Origin: Octopus sinensis
Lineage: Eukaryota
Assembly: GCF_006345805.1 (NCBI RefSeq)
Contig: NC_043004.1
Location: forward strand, 32,488,001 to 32,552,000
DNA: 64,000 bases
Reading direction: 5' to 3'
The notes under the pieces were generated by a model that was not told the DNA's origin, did not search any database, and saw only the letters and a program-made list of their open reading frames with translations. This document shows, piece by piece, positions 51,202 to 63,960 of the stretch; position 1 is the first letter of the stretch; each line of letters begins with the position of its first letter. Both the position numbers and the translations under genes were made by a program.

Positions 51202-53650
51202 ACACTTTTCAACACGAGTTGTGACTCAAGTTGTGACATTCTCTTAAGTAAACTCCAAGCTGTGAACTAACCAAGATGACTGTTTTTCAAGTCAGAAGAT
51301 ATCTTGTATTTTAATAAACTTCTTCAACAATTTTGTGTTGTTCTTTAATGTTTTTACCAAACTCTTTAGCAAGTTTTAATTGTGAATTCTTTATCAAAAA
51401 TATTTTTACCTCTCAGGGTGACTTGTCTCCAATCGGAGATGATTTGATGTAGGAAGGGTCATTCAGAGAAGTAGGGCTGAAAACGGATGATGGACCCTGG
51501 TTAGAGAAGTGATATATAAGAGTGAGGCAGGGACCTGCTGGTCTCTATGGCAGTAGTAGTAGTATTAAAACTGATGATGGTGGTCGTGGTGGTGGTAATA
51601 GTAGTAGTGAGGATCTAATTGATCTATTTATTTTTTCTTGATCCCTTGGACTCTTAGGACCAGTTATCTAGTTTCCGTGGCATATAAATGACTGGGATCA
51701 CAAAATTCCCCTTTAAAGGGACACTGGTCCATTGCAGAGTTCAAGACCAACAATTGTGAGTGGAGGAGGGGTGGCGGCTGGGGGTGGTGGTTGGGGCAAG
51801 TCAGTTGCTTTGATCCCAGTATTTGACTAGTTCTTTTATTGACCCTGAAGGGATGAAAAGCAAGGGTACCCTCAGCAGGATTTGAACTCAGTATGCTAAG
51901 AGCAAGATGAAATGCTGTTAAGCACTATGTCCAATGTTCCAACTCTGCCAGATAACCACCTTCTAGATCAGTTGTTGCAAAATTATTATTATTTTTTTGG
52001 TATGACCACCACTAAAGAATCTTTGGATTCATTTTCAATACATGTTGACTTCTCCTCTATTTTTAATGGCTTTAGGAAAAGCATGAACATTACAACATCC
52101 ACATTTCTTCAGGCCCTTAAAACATGTTGGGTCTTTTTTACTTCATCTGAAATATGCCATTGTTTGATATAACTAAAAGTCTTGCACCATTTCGGTTGAG
52201 GTTGTTTTATATTTTGAATCCAAATCTCATGCAGATCGATAAAATAATTATTAACGATATTCGTTGATTGGTTCAATTGATTATAGATTTTTCTCTTTCA
52301 AATATTGGTTTAGTATTTAGTTAAATACTGAAGAACAACTCTTGGGCTTCTTAAATTTGCTTTTAGTATGGTTCTGGTATCAGTGGTGTTGGTGGTGGCT
52401 GTGGTGGTGGTGTTGGTGTTGGTGGTGGCTATGTAAGTGGAAGTGGTGTTGGTGGCTATGTAAATGGTAGTATTGACAGTGGTGGTGGTGGTGGCTGTAA
52501 AGATGTCTTGCAGCCACCAATGTTTAACATCTCTGAGCTTTTTTGTTTTTATGTTTGAATTGTTGTAAATTGGAAAAAGACATGAAATTATGAAGATTAA
52601 TCTCCCAGAGAACTCGACAATAGTCTAAGAACTGTTCTAAGGACTATTCCATTAATTTTGTCTTCTGTAAACATTTTAATCTCAAGGAGATTGTGAGAGG
52701 GACTTTGAGCTTTAAGCAAAGATAACACCAGGTGGCACTAAGTAGTAAACCTGCCAGTGAGTTCAGTAAATATCTCTATGTACCGACGAGGAAGCCTTTC
52801 TACATGGCTACTCAATCAGCTAGAAATAACAGCTAAGTTTCCCTAAAATCTATACTTTCACCATCTCTGAAAAAAAAAAAGACAGAATAAAACTAGAATT
52901 TTTGGACTGTGTAGCCATGGATGGTCTGAACAGGAATGTCTCTGATCATAAATCTACTGGATCAGGACTGACTTGAGGTTTTTCAACCAGTTATTTTGTT
53001 TTCAGTTAGTAGTGAGACCCAATGTTGTGGTATGTAACCATGTTAAAGTGAGCGTAAAATGATTTCAATTCTCAGACTGGGCAGTACTCATTTTATGATG
53101 CTTCAGCCCATTTGGCTGTAAAGGAGTTCCAGTGATAACTGGGAAGTTAACCCTGTGATGGGCTAGCAACCTATTCAGGGTGAATGTTGTGATCTCAGTC
53201 CCTTATACATTATGGGAACTGGTTTAAGCTTTGGCCTTTTGAGTCCTAGGGTCCATTAAAAACCTAAGCCCTATGTCTGAGTGTGACCTCATCATCTTTG
53301 ATGTACTTGGTCTCATAGTCTCAACTTTTGCATTCATACAATATCCCAGAATAATTTTGATGTGTGTGTGTGTGTGTGTGTGTGTGTGGTTCAGTCTACT
53401 TCAAAATACCTATGTAGAGGAACATCACTCCAAATTCAAATATGTCTCTGCTTCAAAATATTGGATCTCTTCAGTTTCACTCACAGATTTTTTAATTATT
53501 TTTTTTTTAACTAAACAGTTTGAAACTTTGTATATTGGTGTAATTTCTCATGCTGAACACAGTTTACTTTCAACATTTTTGACAAAATTTCGTATTTTAG
53601 AAGTTATTTAGTGTTGACATATTTGGGTAATTTTAACCAATCAGTGACAT

Positions 53651-53926
53651 GTGTAAAATTGTTGGCATTAGGAAGGGCATCCAGCTGTAGAAGCCTGCCA
53701 AACTAGACACCAGGAGCCTGGTGCAGCCCCCTGGCTCATCGATTCCTGTCAAAATCATCCAACTGATGCCAGCTTGGAAACAGGGACATCAAAAGATTAT
53801 GATGATGAGGATGTGTATTGATATAGGCATGGCTGTGTGGTTAGGAAGCTCGCTTCCCAGCCACATGGTTTAGGGTTCAGTCCCACTACATGGCACCTTG
53901 GGCAAGCATCTTCTGCTATAGCCTTG
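53651..53926 (+). repeat. 276-bp near-identical copy of 44944-45219
   Basis: Manual alignment: 2 mismatches in 276 bp. Confidence 0.9.
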
Positions 53927-54008
53927 AAGAAAGCTACTGCTGTATGCAATAGTAATTGAAGGGGAACAACTTCTGAGTCATCTCTAATAAATGTCACCAC
54001 TCTGTTGT

Positions 54009-54262
54009 ATTTTATTTTTGTTCACTGCCTGTGTTGCATATTACATGCTTTTTTTTTTTGCTTTTCGATTGCCTCTGTACATTTTCCTGTGTTAAGTTTG
54101 TGATTATTTTCACCAATCTATTGTATTTCGTTTTTGTTTTACAGCCTGTGTTGCAAACTACACGATTTGTTTGTACATTTGCATTTTCACCACTTGTACA
54201 AAGAAGCGATTGAAAAGATAAAAAAAAAATTTGCAACACAGGCAGTAAACAAAAATAAAAAT
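54009..54262. repeat. Foldback element with ~70-bp imperfect inverted arms
   Basis: TTTTTGTTCACTGCCTGTGTTGCA versus TGCAACACAGGCAGTAAACAAAAA. Confidence 0.75.
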
Positions 54263-54315
54263 AAAATGGAAAATGGACATTAAACGATGATGATGATGAT
54301 ATATTAGAAGAAAAT

Positions 54316-54418
54316 TCAAAACCAAGACAGAACAAGTATCTCAAGTCATTTCAAATTCTCCTTACCCTAATTAAATTATTCTAAATGACTTGAGATACTC
54401 GTTCTGCCTTGGTTTTGA
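54316..54418. repeat. Inverted repeat: 36-bp stem, 31-nt loop
   Basis: Arms 54316-54351 and 54383-54418, 34/36 complementary. Confidence 0.9.
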
Positions 54419-55266
54419 TGGATCCCTAGATCCAACCTTAGCTGTGATCTTGGAACCTAATGGTTGACCGACTATGGCACTTACCCAGCATACCCGTTTG
54501 TTTAGATCTCAAGTGAACTCAACCCCTCATAGTCTTTATATACTCGTATGTATAATCTAAACACATTCCCAAAGAATAAAAACATTGTAACAATAAATTC
54601 ATGTGACCTTACAAACCAGTTCTGCATTTTCCTCTCCCCACCTCTCACATGCCTTCATGACATTAATTTCTTCCTTTTTTATTAATTTCTAGTTAAACTG
54701 TATTGAACTTTTCCTGAATCTCTAAGCTCATTTATTAACCTAGGTTCCTTGATTAATTATTACTTAACCTCATTTAACCTCATTGATTATTTCTATCTAC
54801 TTAACTCCTCATACTCCATAATGTTAAATGTCTTTTTTTCCCGGTTGTGACCATTTTCCTCCAATGATGTTTTATCCTACCATGCCCACCTCTCCTCTTT
54901 ATTTTCCATCTCTGTTATTTTCATATCGTCATAAAATCACCTTCTGCTGTTATCTCACCATTATTTAGGATAATCTCATTTAATATGTTAATCCCTCTTA
55001 ACCCAACTTTCCTTCTTTTACTTTGGTTATTCTGTTGAGTTTAAAAAGTTGTAATTCTCTTGATTTTTACTTATTTCAGTCAGTAGACTGTGGCCATGCT
55101 GAGGCATTGCTTTGAAGACTATTTTAGTTGGATGAACTGACCCCAGGACTTATTACTTAAGCCTGGTGCTTATTCTGTCGGTCTCTTTTGCCAAACCTTT
55201 AAGTTACAGAGGATGTAAACATACCAACGCTAGTTGTCAAGCAGTGGTGGGGGACAAACACACACA

Positions 55267-55652
55267 TGCTGGAAGCACTCCGTCGGTTACGACGACGAGG
55301 GTTCCGGTTGATCCGATCAACGGAACAGCCTGCTCGTGAAATTAACGTGTAAGTGGCTGAGCACTCCACAGACACGTGCACCCTTAACGTAGTTATCGGG
55401 GATATTCAGCGTGACACAGAGAGTGACAAGGCCGGCCCTTTGAAATACAGGTACAACAGAAACAGGAAGTAAGAGTGAGAGAAAGTTGTGGTGAAAGAGT
55501 ACAGTAGGGATCACCACCATCCCTGCCGGAGCCTCGTGGAGCTTTAGGTGTTTTCGCTCAATAAACACTCACAACGCCCGGTCTGGGAATCGAAACCGCG
55601 ATCCTACAACTGTGAGTCCGCTGCCCTAACCACTGGGCCATTGCGCCTCCAC
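55267..55652 (-). mobile_element. SINE family C (tail type 2) nested in a SINE B copy
   Basis: Head matches the 9766 copy; tail differs; family B sequence on both flanks. Confidence 0.8.
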
Positions 55653-57074
55653 AAACACATAATGGGCTTCTTTCAGTTTCCATCTTCCAAATCCACTTAC
55701 AAGGCTTTGGTTGACCCAAGGCTATATTAGAAGACACTTGCCCAGTGTGTCATACAGTGGGACTGAACCTGGAATTATGTGGTCGGGAAACAAACTTCTT
55801 ACCACAGACCTTCTATCTTTTCTCTTTTCAAAGAAAATATTTCTCCCAGCATTCACTATTTTCCTTTTGTTCTGGTCTTATGACCCTCCATGTATGTTTT
55901 CATTCGGTTTCCTTGTATGTCTCCACTGTCTTGTTTTTGTCCCCAACTTTTACCCTCAATAAATCCTAAATTTTATTTTAGAATTTATGGGAGCAACTGT
56001 CTTTGATGACTCATATTGTCATTGAATGCTCAAAATGAGGAGCAGATAGACAGCCTACAACTGATGAAGGGTCCTTTCTCTGTGTTTACATATTTCACTC
56101 ATTTTTCTTCTGTTTGTTTATGTATTTCATGTTATTTGCAACGTTGGTGACGCCCTGTACTCATATATGCATGTGTTTATATATACATATATATCTTATA
56201 TATATATATTTGTAGGTATATATATTTATGTAGATGTGTGTGTGTGCCAATAATCAATTCAACATAACCATGACAATATAAACAGACAAGAAAATTAAGT
56301 AGTGAAAGGAAAACGTCAAGAGAATATTGGATTGAAAATTAATATTTTGTGATTCGGAGTTTCACCCTGCCATTTGCATGACAAAATCTGAGTTGTGAAA
56401 CGGGAAAATATTTTTTAAAATATAAAGGAAAGGTGAATAAACTTTTGATGAGATGTGCATAAAAAAGAAATATTTGACTGGATATATATACATGCATATA
56501 TATACAATATATATAACATGTTTCCCTGCATGCCAAATCAACATGTATACAGTGTAAACATGTCGTGTAAAATAGTTAGACATTATCCCTATCTTCCCAA
56601 ATCTGGCTGCATTTCATATAGCATTTTCGGTCGTCCAAAGTTACCTTAGTGTGTAAGTTTACCTACTGTTATTGGCTCTTCTACTCGTTTTCAGTCATGC
56701 TGGAGCACTGCCTTTAGTCAAGCAAATTGACCCCAGGACTTATTCTTTGTAAGCCTAGTACTGTCCCTTTTGCCGAACTGCTAAGTTACAGGGTCGTAAA
56801 ACACCAATATCGGTTTGTCAAGTAATGTTGGGGCGGGGGGGGAACAAACACAGACACACAAACATACACACACATATATATATATATGATGGGCTTCTTT
56901 CACTTTCCATCTACCAAATTCACTCACAAGGCTTGGCCTGAGGTTATAGTAGAAGACACTTGCCTAAGGTGCCATGCAGTGGGAATGAACCTGGAACCAT
57001 GTGGTTGGTAAGCAAGCTATTTACCCATCTTTTGTCTTCTGTAAATCTGAACTCTTTATATATATTTACATATA

Positions 57075-57300
57075 CAGGGTGTGGCCGGGGTAATGCTCTT
57101 TTTGCATTTAATAACTTTTATAGTAAGTAAATGTTTATCAAGTGATTTTTTTTATTGAACACAAATTTATTGCATTACTTAAAGAAATGAATAATAAACT
57201 AATGAAAAATAAATTGCTGAAATTTTAGGAAATAAAAAAGAAGCTGAATTTGAAATTAGGAAACTGAAATATGAAAGGGCGTTACTTCTGCCGCACCCTG
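57075..57300. mobile_element. Tc1/mariner-type MITE (226 bp)
   Basis: TIR CAGGGTGTGGCCGGGGTAATGCTC and rc CAGGGTGCGGCAGAAGTAACGCCC, TA/TG flanks. Confidence 0.7.
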
Positions 57301-57304
57301 TGTA

Positions 57305-57592
57305 TCATGTGATTGACCAGACTATTGGATGTTGTTATACATTGCTGGCCACAATGCGCTTTACATTATTTTAGCTTTTGGATGATACCACCCTATTGGC
57401 TAGGTGAGCATGCCAATGTTCACACTGATCAGAAAGCTACTCTGTCACAGGGTGTACCCATTTACAGCTGAGTGTACTGGAGCAATGGGAAATGAAGGGA
57501 TTAGCTCAAGAATACAATGCACCATTCAGTCTGGGAATTGAACCCACGATCTAGCGATTGTGAATGCATGACCTTAAACACCAGGCCACACA
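57305..57592 (-). mobile_element. tRNA-derived SINE, head D plus tail type 1
   Basis: Head with CTCCAGTACACTCAGCTGTAAATGGGTAC; tail similar to 9940-10049. Confidence 0.65.
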
Positions 57593-58269
57593 CATTTGTG
57601 CAATTAACTGAATCACCAGGCTCTTTGAATTTGCATGGAAATAGTCGAGTATTCCACAGAGAAATGTACCATCAACGTAATTCCTTGGTAAGTCATCATG
57701 ACATAGTGTGTGTGTGTGTGTGTGTGAGGTCTTTAAATGTCATTCATCAAAAATTAAAAAAAATACTAACATGAAGAACTTCCCCCCTCTCTTTCTCTCC
57801 TCCATTTGTGTTCATCAGTTATTTACTTTCTACACATCCAGTCTCTGGGTTCAATCCCATTGCACAGCATCTTGGATAAGTGCTGGTGATGTTGATGATG
57901 ATGATCATCATCATGATCATCATGATCATGGTGGTTAATGATGGCAAACTAATTAATAACTAAATGCCTCAACCCCCCACCTCTCCTTCTCTCTCAGAGA
58001 AGTACTTTTAAATGACATTCCAATACATCACCCCCACCACCTTCATGTTATCTGATCCACTGAACACTTAGGTATATCATTGTTGTTGTTGTTGTTGTTC
58101 TACCCTGGAAGCCATGTTTTAGGTTTGTTATTGAAATGTCAGAGATGATTCGATACAAGACTGATTAGATGTGATGCAACATCTCGTTGCATAACGTGTG
58201 TGTGGCCCGGTTATAAACAGCAACATAGTTTCTCTCTTGGGTTGTCATGGAAACTGTTGTCTCTTTAGA

Positions 58270-58600
58270 AATATTATGGCATTGCTGTCATCATCATCAT
58301 CATCATGACCACCACCATCATCGTCATCATTGCCATCATCACCACCAACATCATCATTATCGTTGTCGTTATCATCATCACCGCTATCACCATCATCATC
58401 ACCACCACAACTACCACCATCATCGTCATCTTCACCAGCGTCACTATCATCATCATTGTCGTTACCATCATCATCGTCATCATCACAACAACAACCACCA
58501 ACAATCATCATCGTCGTCATCTTCACCAGCATCACTATCATCATCATCATTGTTATCATCATCACCATCATTGTCGTCGTCATCGTCATCGTCATCATTC
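58270..58600. repeat. (CAT)n/(CAC)n degenerate trinucleotide array with an internal duplication
   Basis: CATCTTCACCAGC.TCACTATCATC occurs near 58427 and 58518. Confidence 0.9.
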
Positions 58601-59423
58601 TTGTTAATTATTTCTCGTTCATAATGGTTATTTATTTACCTTCGCCTTTCTCTCTCTTCCTCTTCACTGAGTTCGACTTTAACCATAGAGAGATCACCTG
58701 TTAATGAGAACTACAACAGCTGAAACAAACACACACACACATACACACACGGCAAGGTTGAACACACAAAATGTTACGTGGTTATACACATACGTAGCAA
58801 TAATTTCTCTCTGCTTCAATCGACCTACTTGAGCAAAAACTGTTTAAACACCATCAATAATTGCACTGGAAGAAAGACACAGAAATCAACCATGTTAAAG
58901 ATGTAATTAGAGAGAGAGATAGAGAGGGGAGAGAGATGAAATATAAACCTTAATTTGACACTTGAGGTCGATTAGAAAGAAACAAGAAACTTTGGTGGTT
59001 GTCAGGTATATACATATTGACAAGAAAAACAACAAAACAAAAACAAAATTCCACCAAGGAATGGTAGAGTTCAGAAGTGCTTGCAAATATTTGTCATACT
59101 GTTGCAACAATAAGCTGTGTACTGCAGTGATTTGCACACTGACAAAGGTGCACTTAATACTGACACTGCTGTCTGTATATTTAAGTAGCTGAATATGTTA
59201 CAATGTCCTATTTTAAAGTTCCTCTTTGCACCTTTAGAATCTTGGTTTCATGGTATTGATTATTGATAGCACCGAGGCAGCAGTTTGGCAGAACTGTTAA
59301 CATGCTGGGCAAAATGCTGAGTGGCATTTCGTCTGTTTTAATGTTCTGAGTTCAAATCCACAGGTTTCCAAACAGTTGTTTGTCTACCAAGATTTTTGGT
59401 TTACCTGAGGTTATAATAGAAGC

Positions 59424-59760
59424 TGTGAACGTGCATGGCTCAGTGGTTAGAGCGTCAAGCTTATGATCGCGAGGTTGTGCGTTTGAATCCTGGACTGGGC
59501 TGTGTGTTGTGTTCTTGAGCAAGACACTTTATTTCACGTTGCTCCAGTTTACTCAGCTGTAGAAATGAGTTGCGACGTCACTGATGCCAAGCTGCATCTG
59601 CCTTTATCTTTCCCTTGGATAACATCAGTGGTGTGGAGAAGGGAGGCTGGTATGCATGGGTGACTGCTGGCCTTCCATAAACAACCTTGCCCTGACTTGT
59701 GCCTGGGAGGCTAACTTTCTAGGTGCAATCCAATGGTTAGTCATGACTGAAAGGGGTCTC
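59424..59760 (+). mobile_element. SINE family D (second copy ~60966-61310)
   Basis: GGCTCAGTGGTTAGAGC..GAATCC head, GTTCTTGAGCAAGACACTTTATTTCA, own tail CCATAAACAACCTTGCCC. Confidence 0.75.
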
Positions 59761-60829
59761 AGAAATAGAAGTTATTTGCCCAAGGAGCTACAAAATAGAA
59801 TTGACCTTGGAGTCATGCTCTTGCAAAGGATAAAGAAAAAAAAAACCCCAGAATTTTCACCACTTAGCCATTCTTGTGACTCTACTTATATGGATTTCAT
59901 TAGTTAGTGTTGGCCATACTTGTGCCCTTACCTTACTTGTATGGCTTCCATTTATCAACATTAACATGCATCTTCCCTGTATTCTTTTATTTGTCTCAGT
60001 CATTTGACTGCGACCATGCTGGAGCACTACCTTTAGTTGAGCAAATTGACCCCAGGACTTATTCTTTGTAAGCCTAGTACTTATTCTATCGGTCTCTTTT
60101 GCCGAACCACTATGTTATGGGGACATGAACACACCAGCATTGGTTGTCAAGCGATGTTGGGAGAGACAAACACAGACCAACACACACACACACATACATA
60201 TATGATGGGTTTCTTTTAGTTTTCATCTCCCAAATTCACTCACAAGGCTTTGGTCAGCCTGAAGCTATAGTAGAAGACACTTTCCCTAGGTGCCATGCAG
60301 TGGGACTGAACCCGGAACCATGTGGTTTGTAAGCAAGCTACTTACCACACAGCCACTCATGCGCCTATATACATATATGTATGTATATATGATGGTCTTC
60401 TTTCAGTTTCCGTCTCCCAAATTCACTCACAAGGCTTTGGGTGGCCCGAGGTTGTAGTAGAAGACACTTGCCCAAGGAACCATGTGGTTGGTAAGCAAGC
60501 TACTTACCACACAAGTAATCTATGGCCTCTGTCATTCTATGATGACCTGCTCGCATAGTTGCAAACCCTGGGTAAGATGGTTTCCAGGAAGACTGGGAGT
60601 TGTCCATGCATTCAATTCTCCTCTCTCTAAACCATTCGTTAATGCTGTAGCATGGGCAGGGTAACTTCCCTAAAAGGAAATCAGTAAAAATGTAAAGACT
60701 CCTTTGGTCATAGAAATTAGTGAGTCGATCTGATGATTTACAAATTTTTATGAAGGATTTCCTGGAAGAATTGGTCATAGGAAATTTCTGATGAGCAACA
60801 ATAAACCTAACATTGTTTTATGTCTGCAG

Positions 60830-60885
60830 TAGCTGTGGATGTTGAAGATTCTCAAGTTGGCACTAAATTATTTGGTGCCAACATG
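60830..60885 (+). other. Candidate exon (56 nt)
   Basis: CCTAAC branch point 60806-60811, TTGTTTTATGTCTGCAG acceptor, weak ATG|GTAGAA donor; phase-compatible with 47469-47534. Confidence 0.25.
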
Positions 60886-62761
60886 GTAGAATAGCACTAG
60901 AAAGAAAAAAAGGAAAAAACAGCAAGAAAACCTCAATGGAACATTCAGTCTAGCATTGAGAATATGAAGGCCCATTGCTCAGTGATTTGAGCATCAGGCT
61001 CACATTCATGAGGTAGTGAGTTCGATTCCCAGACTGGGCTGTGTGTTGTGTTCTTGAGCAAGACACTTTATTTCATGTTGCTCCAGTTCTAATCAGCTGT
61101 AGAAATGAGTTGTGATGTCACTGGTGCCAAGTTGTATCGGCCCCTTTGCCTTTCCCTTGGATAACACTGGTGGCATGGAGAGGGGTGGAGTTGGTATGCA
61201 TGGGTGACTACTGGTCTTCCATAAACAACCTTGCCCAGACCTGTGCTGTGGAGGGGAACTTTCTAGGTGCAGTCCCATGGTCATTGATGACCAATGGGGG
61301 TTCCTTACCCGTTACACTTTACCTGAGAATAAGACTATGGTCAAGCAAAAATATTTGAAAATGTTGCAACACTTCAAAGCTAAATGTTGAATGAAATATT
61401 TAATTTTTTTTGAGAGCATCAAAGACAGAAACCAGAACAAAAGAAAGAAGCAAATCCAAGCGATTCAGGTGGAAAGACTTGTTATGTCGAGTGTTTCACA
61501 CTCTTACGATTTGCACTAATGACAAATGATCCTAATTATTATATCATTATTGTGTAACACACAGGTGCGAATGTGGTTAAGAAGCTTGTTTCCCAAGTAT
61601 GTGTTCTCAGGCTCAATCCCTCTGTGCAGCACCTTGGGCAAGCTTCTATTATGGCCCTGGGACAACCAAAACCTTCCCAATGAATTTGATAGATGGAAAC
61701 TGATAGAAGCCCGTTAAATATATATATATATATCATCATCATCATCATTATCATTTACTGTCTGTTTTCCAAGCAGGCATGGGTTGGATGCTTTGGTAAG
61801 GTTTGGCTAAGTACAAGACTGCACCAGGCTTCTGTGTCTGTTTTGGTAGAGTTTTTACGTTTAGATGCCCTTCCAAACACAAACCACCTTACAGAGTGGA
61901 CTGAGGGATTTTTACATGGCATATACATATGTATGTATTTACATATGTGTGTGTGTGTTTGTTGTCTGTGTTTGTCCCCAAATAGTGCTGTGCTTGACAA
62001 ATTGGTGTTGGTGTGTTTACGTCCACATAACTTAGCAGTTCAGCAAATAGGTCACATACCAGGCAAAAAATTAAAAAGAATTAAGTCTTGCAGGTGATTC
62101 ATTCAACTAAAAATTCTTCAAAGTGGTGCCACAGTCTAATGACTGAAACAAGTAAAAAATGTAAAATAAACATGCAGAGAAGAAATATATTCCATTCAAT
62201 CCGTTTTCGATTATGGTAGGGACAAATTTCGCTCTGGCAGGATTTGATCCCAGAAAAGCTATTGAACGGCATTTAGTCCAGCCCTCCACTAATTAATATT
62301 GGCTTAAACTTTTGACACAAGGCCAGCAATTTGAGGGGAGGGGGTAAGTTGATTACATTGACCTCCAGCATTCAATTGGTTCATACTTTATTGGCCTCAA
62401 AAACAGTAAAAAGCAAAGTCGACCTTGATGGAATTTGAACTCAGAATGTCAAGACGGATGAAATGCCACTCAGTGTCCTAATGGTTCTGCCAAGTCCCTC
62501 TCCACACCCGCTTTTCAAGCCTCTGATATTCAGCGCGCTCAGAGTAATGCAATTGTTTGTAATTAATTATCGATCATTTGTTATAATTGAACGAGTCTTT
62601 AATTGCTCCGATATGTATATTTGTATATGTGTATGTATACATGCATAAGTGTATGTATGTGTGTGTGCGTCTGTGTGTATATAAATATATGTATGTATGT
62701 ATATATATATATATATTATATATATATATATATAATATATATATATATATATGTGTATATA

Positions 62762-62792
<31 letters not shown>

Positions 62793-62939
62793 GATGTATG
62801 TATGTATAAATATGTATGTATGTATGTGTGTGTGTATACATATGCATATGTATATGAGTATCATCATCATCATCGTTTAACGTCCGCTTTCCATTTATAT
62901 ATCCAGATTACATACATTTCATATGTATATGTATATGTA

Positions 62940-62970
<31 letters not shown>

Positions 62971-63614
62971 GTGTGTATCTATATGTATACAGGCACACAC
63001 GCACACAGATATGCATACATGCATCATTGTGTGCGTATGTATGTATTTATGTGTGTGTATTGCTATTAAATGTATTACGTATACACACTAATTACACATT
63101 GATAGAATCGCAACTCACTCGGTGTTCTTCTGTAAACATTGCTGTCATGGCAACGGATTGAAATTGAATGAGACAAGCAGTAATTAAATGCAAATAATTG
63201 CAAATAAAATTGAAAACAAAATAAAGTAAATTAAAATAAAACAAAAAGCAAAATAATAATTTTTTTTGTTTTTTTTGTTTGGAGGGAATTCAGTGCAGTG
63301 TATCGATGAAGTATCAAATTCTGTGGCACAGATAATTAGTTCAGTCTTCGTTTAAATTTGATTTCCTTCAATTGGCAACAAGAAGCAGCCATGTGTTGTC
63401 TCTCATAAGACATGTAAAGGTGTCTGACTGCTCGGTCTTAGCAGGAATATGAACCCATTTGTTTCGTGTAGACCAGCATTTACTGAAATTCGCAGCAAAG
63501 AAATTGTAATGTCTTTGTAGAGAAGATACACTTTGAGAAATTGCTGAGTGTCTTTCATAGTAATGGAAGAGAATTTGTTACTGCAGTATATAAATATACA
63601 TACATACATACATA

Positions 63615-63960
63615 CATACATTATCATCATCATCATTGTTTAACGTCCGTTTTCCATGCTAGCATGGGTTGGATGGTTTGACCGGGGTCTGGGAAGCCAG
63701 GAGGCTGCACCAGGCTCCAGTCTGATCTGGCAGTGTTTCTACAGCTGGATGCCCTTCCTAACGCCAACCACTCTGAGAGTGTAGTGGGTACTTTTTACAT
63801 GCCACCGGCACAGGGGCCAAATGAGGCTGGCAAATGGCCATGATCGGTTGGTGCTTTTACATGTCACCAACACAGACGCCAGTCAGGTGGCGCTGGCATC
63901 TTCCACATTCAGACGGTGCTTTTAAAGTGTCACCTGCACGGGTATCTTAACTATAATTTC
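63615..63960 (-). mobile_element. RTE 3'-UTR fragment or RTE-dependent SINE; similar copies at ~43355-43553, 44010-44240, 44895-45105, 61738-61915
   Basis: Shares GGTTGGC.TTAGGAAGGGCATCCAGC and GGACGTTAAAC(GAT)n with the 3' end of 47851-49245. Confidence 0.75.

Noticed and set aside
51417-51520. Strong acceptor TTTTTACCTCTCAG|G
   Set aside because: All three frames stop within about 35 nt and it is not phase-compatible with the 47469 exon; no clear donor.
56060-56160. Second CTGATGAAGGG hammerhead-like start
   Set aside because: No intact stem II or GAAA box downstream; at most a decayed Penelope-type relic.
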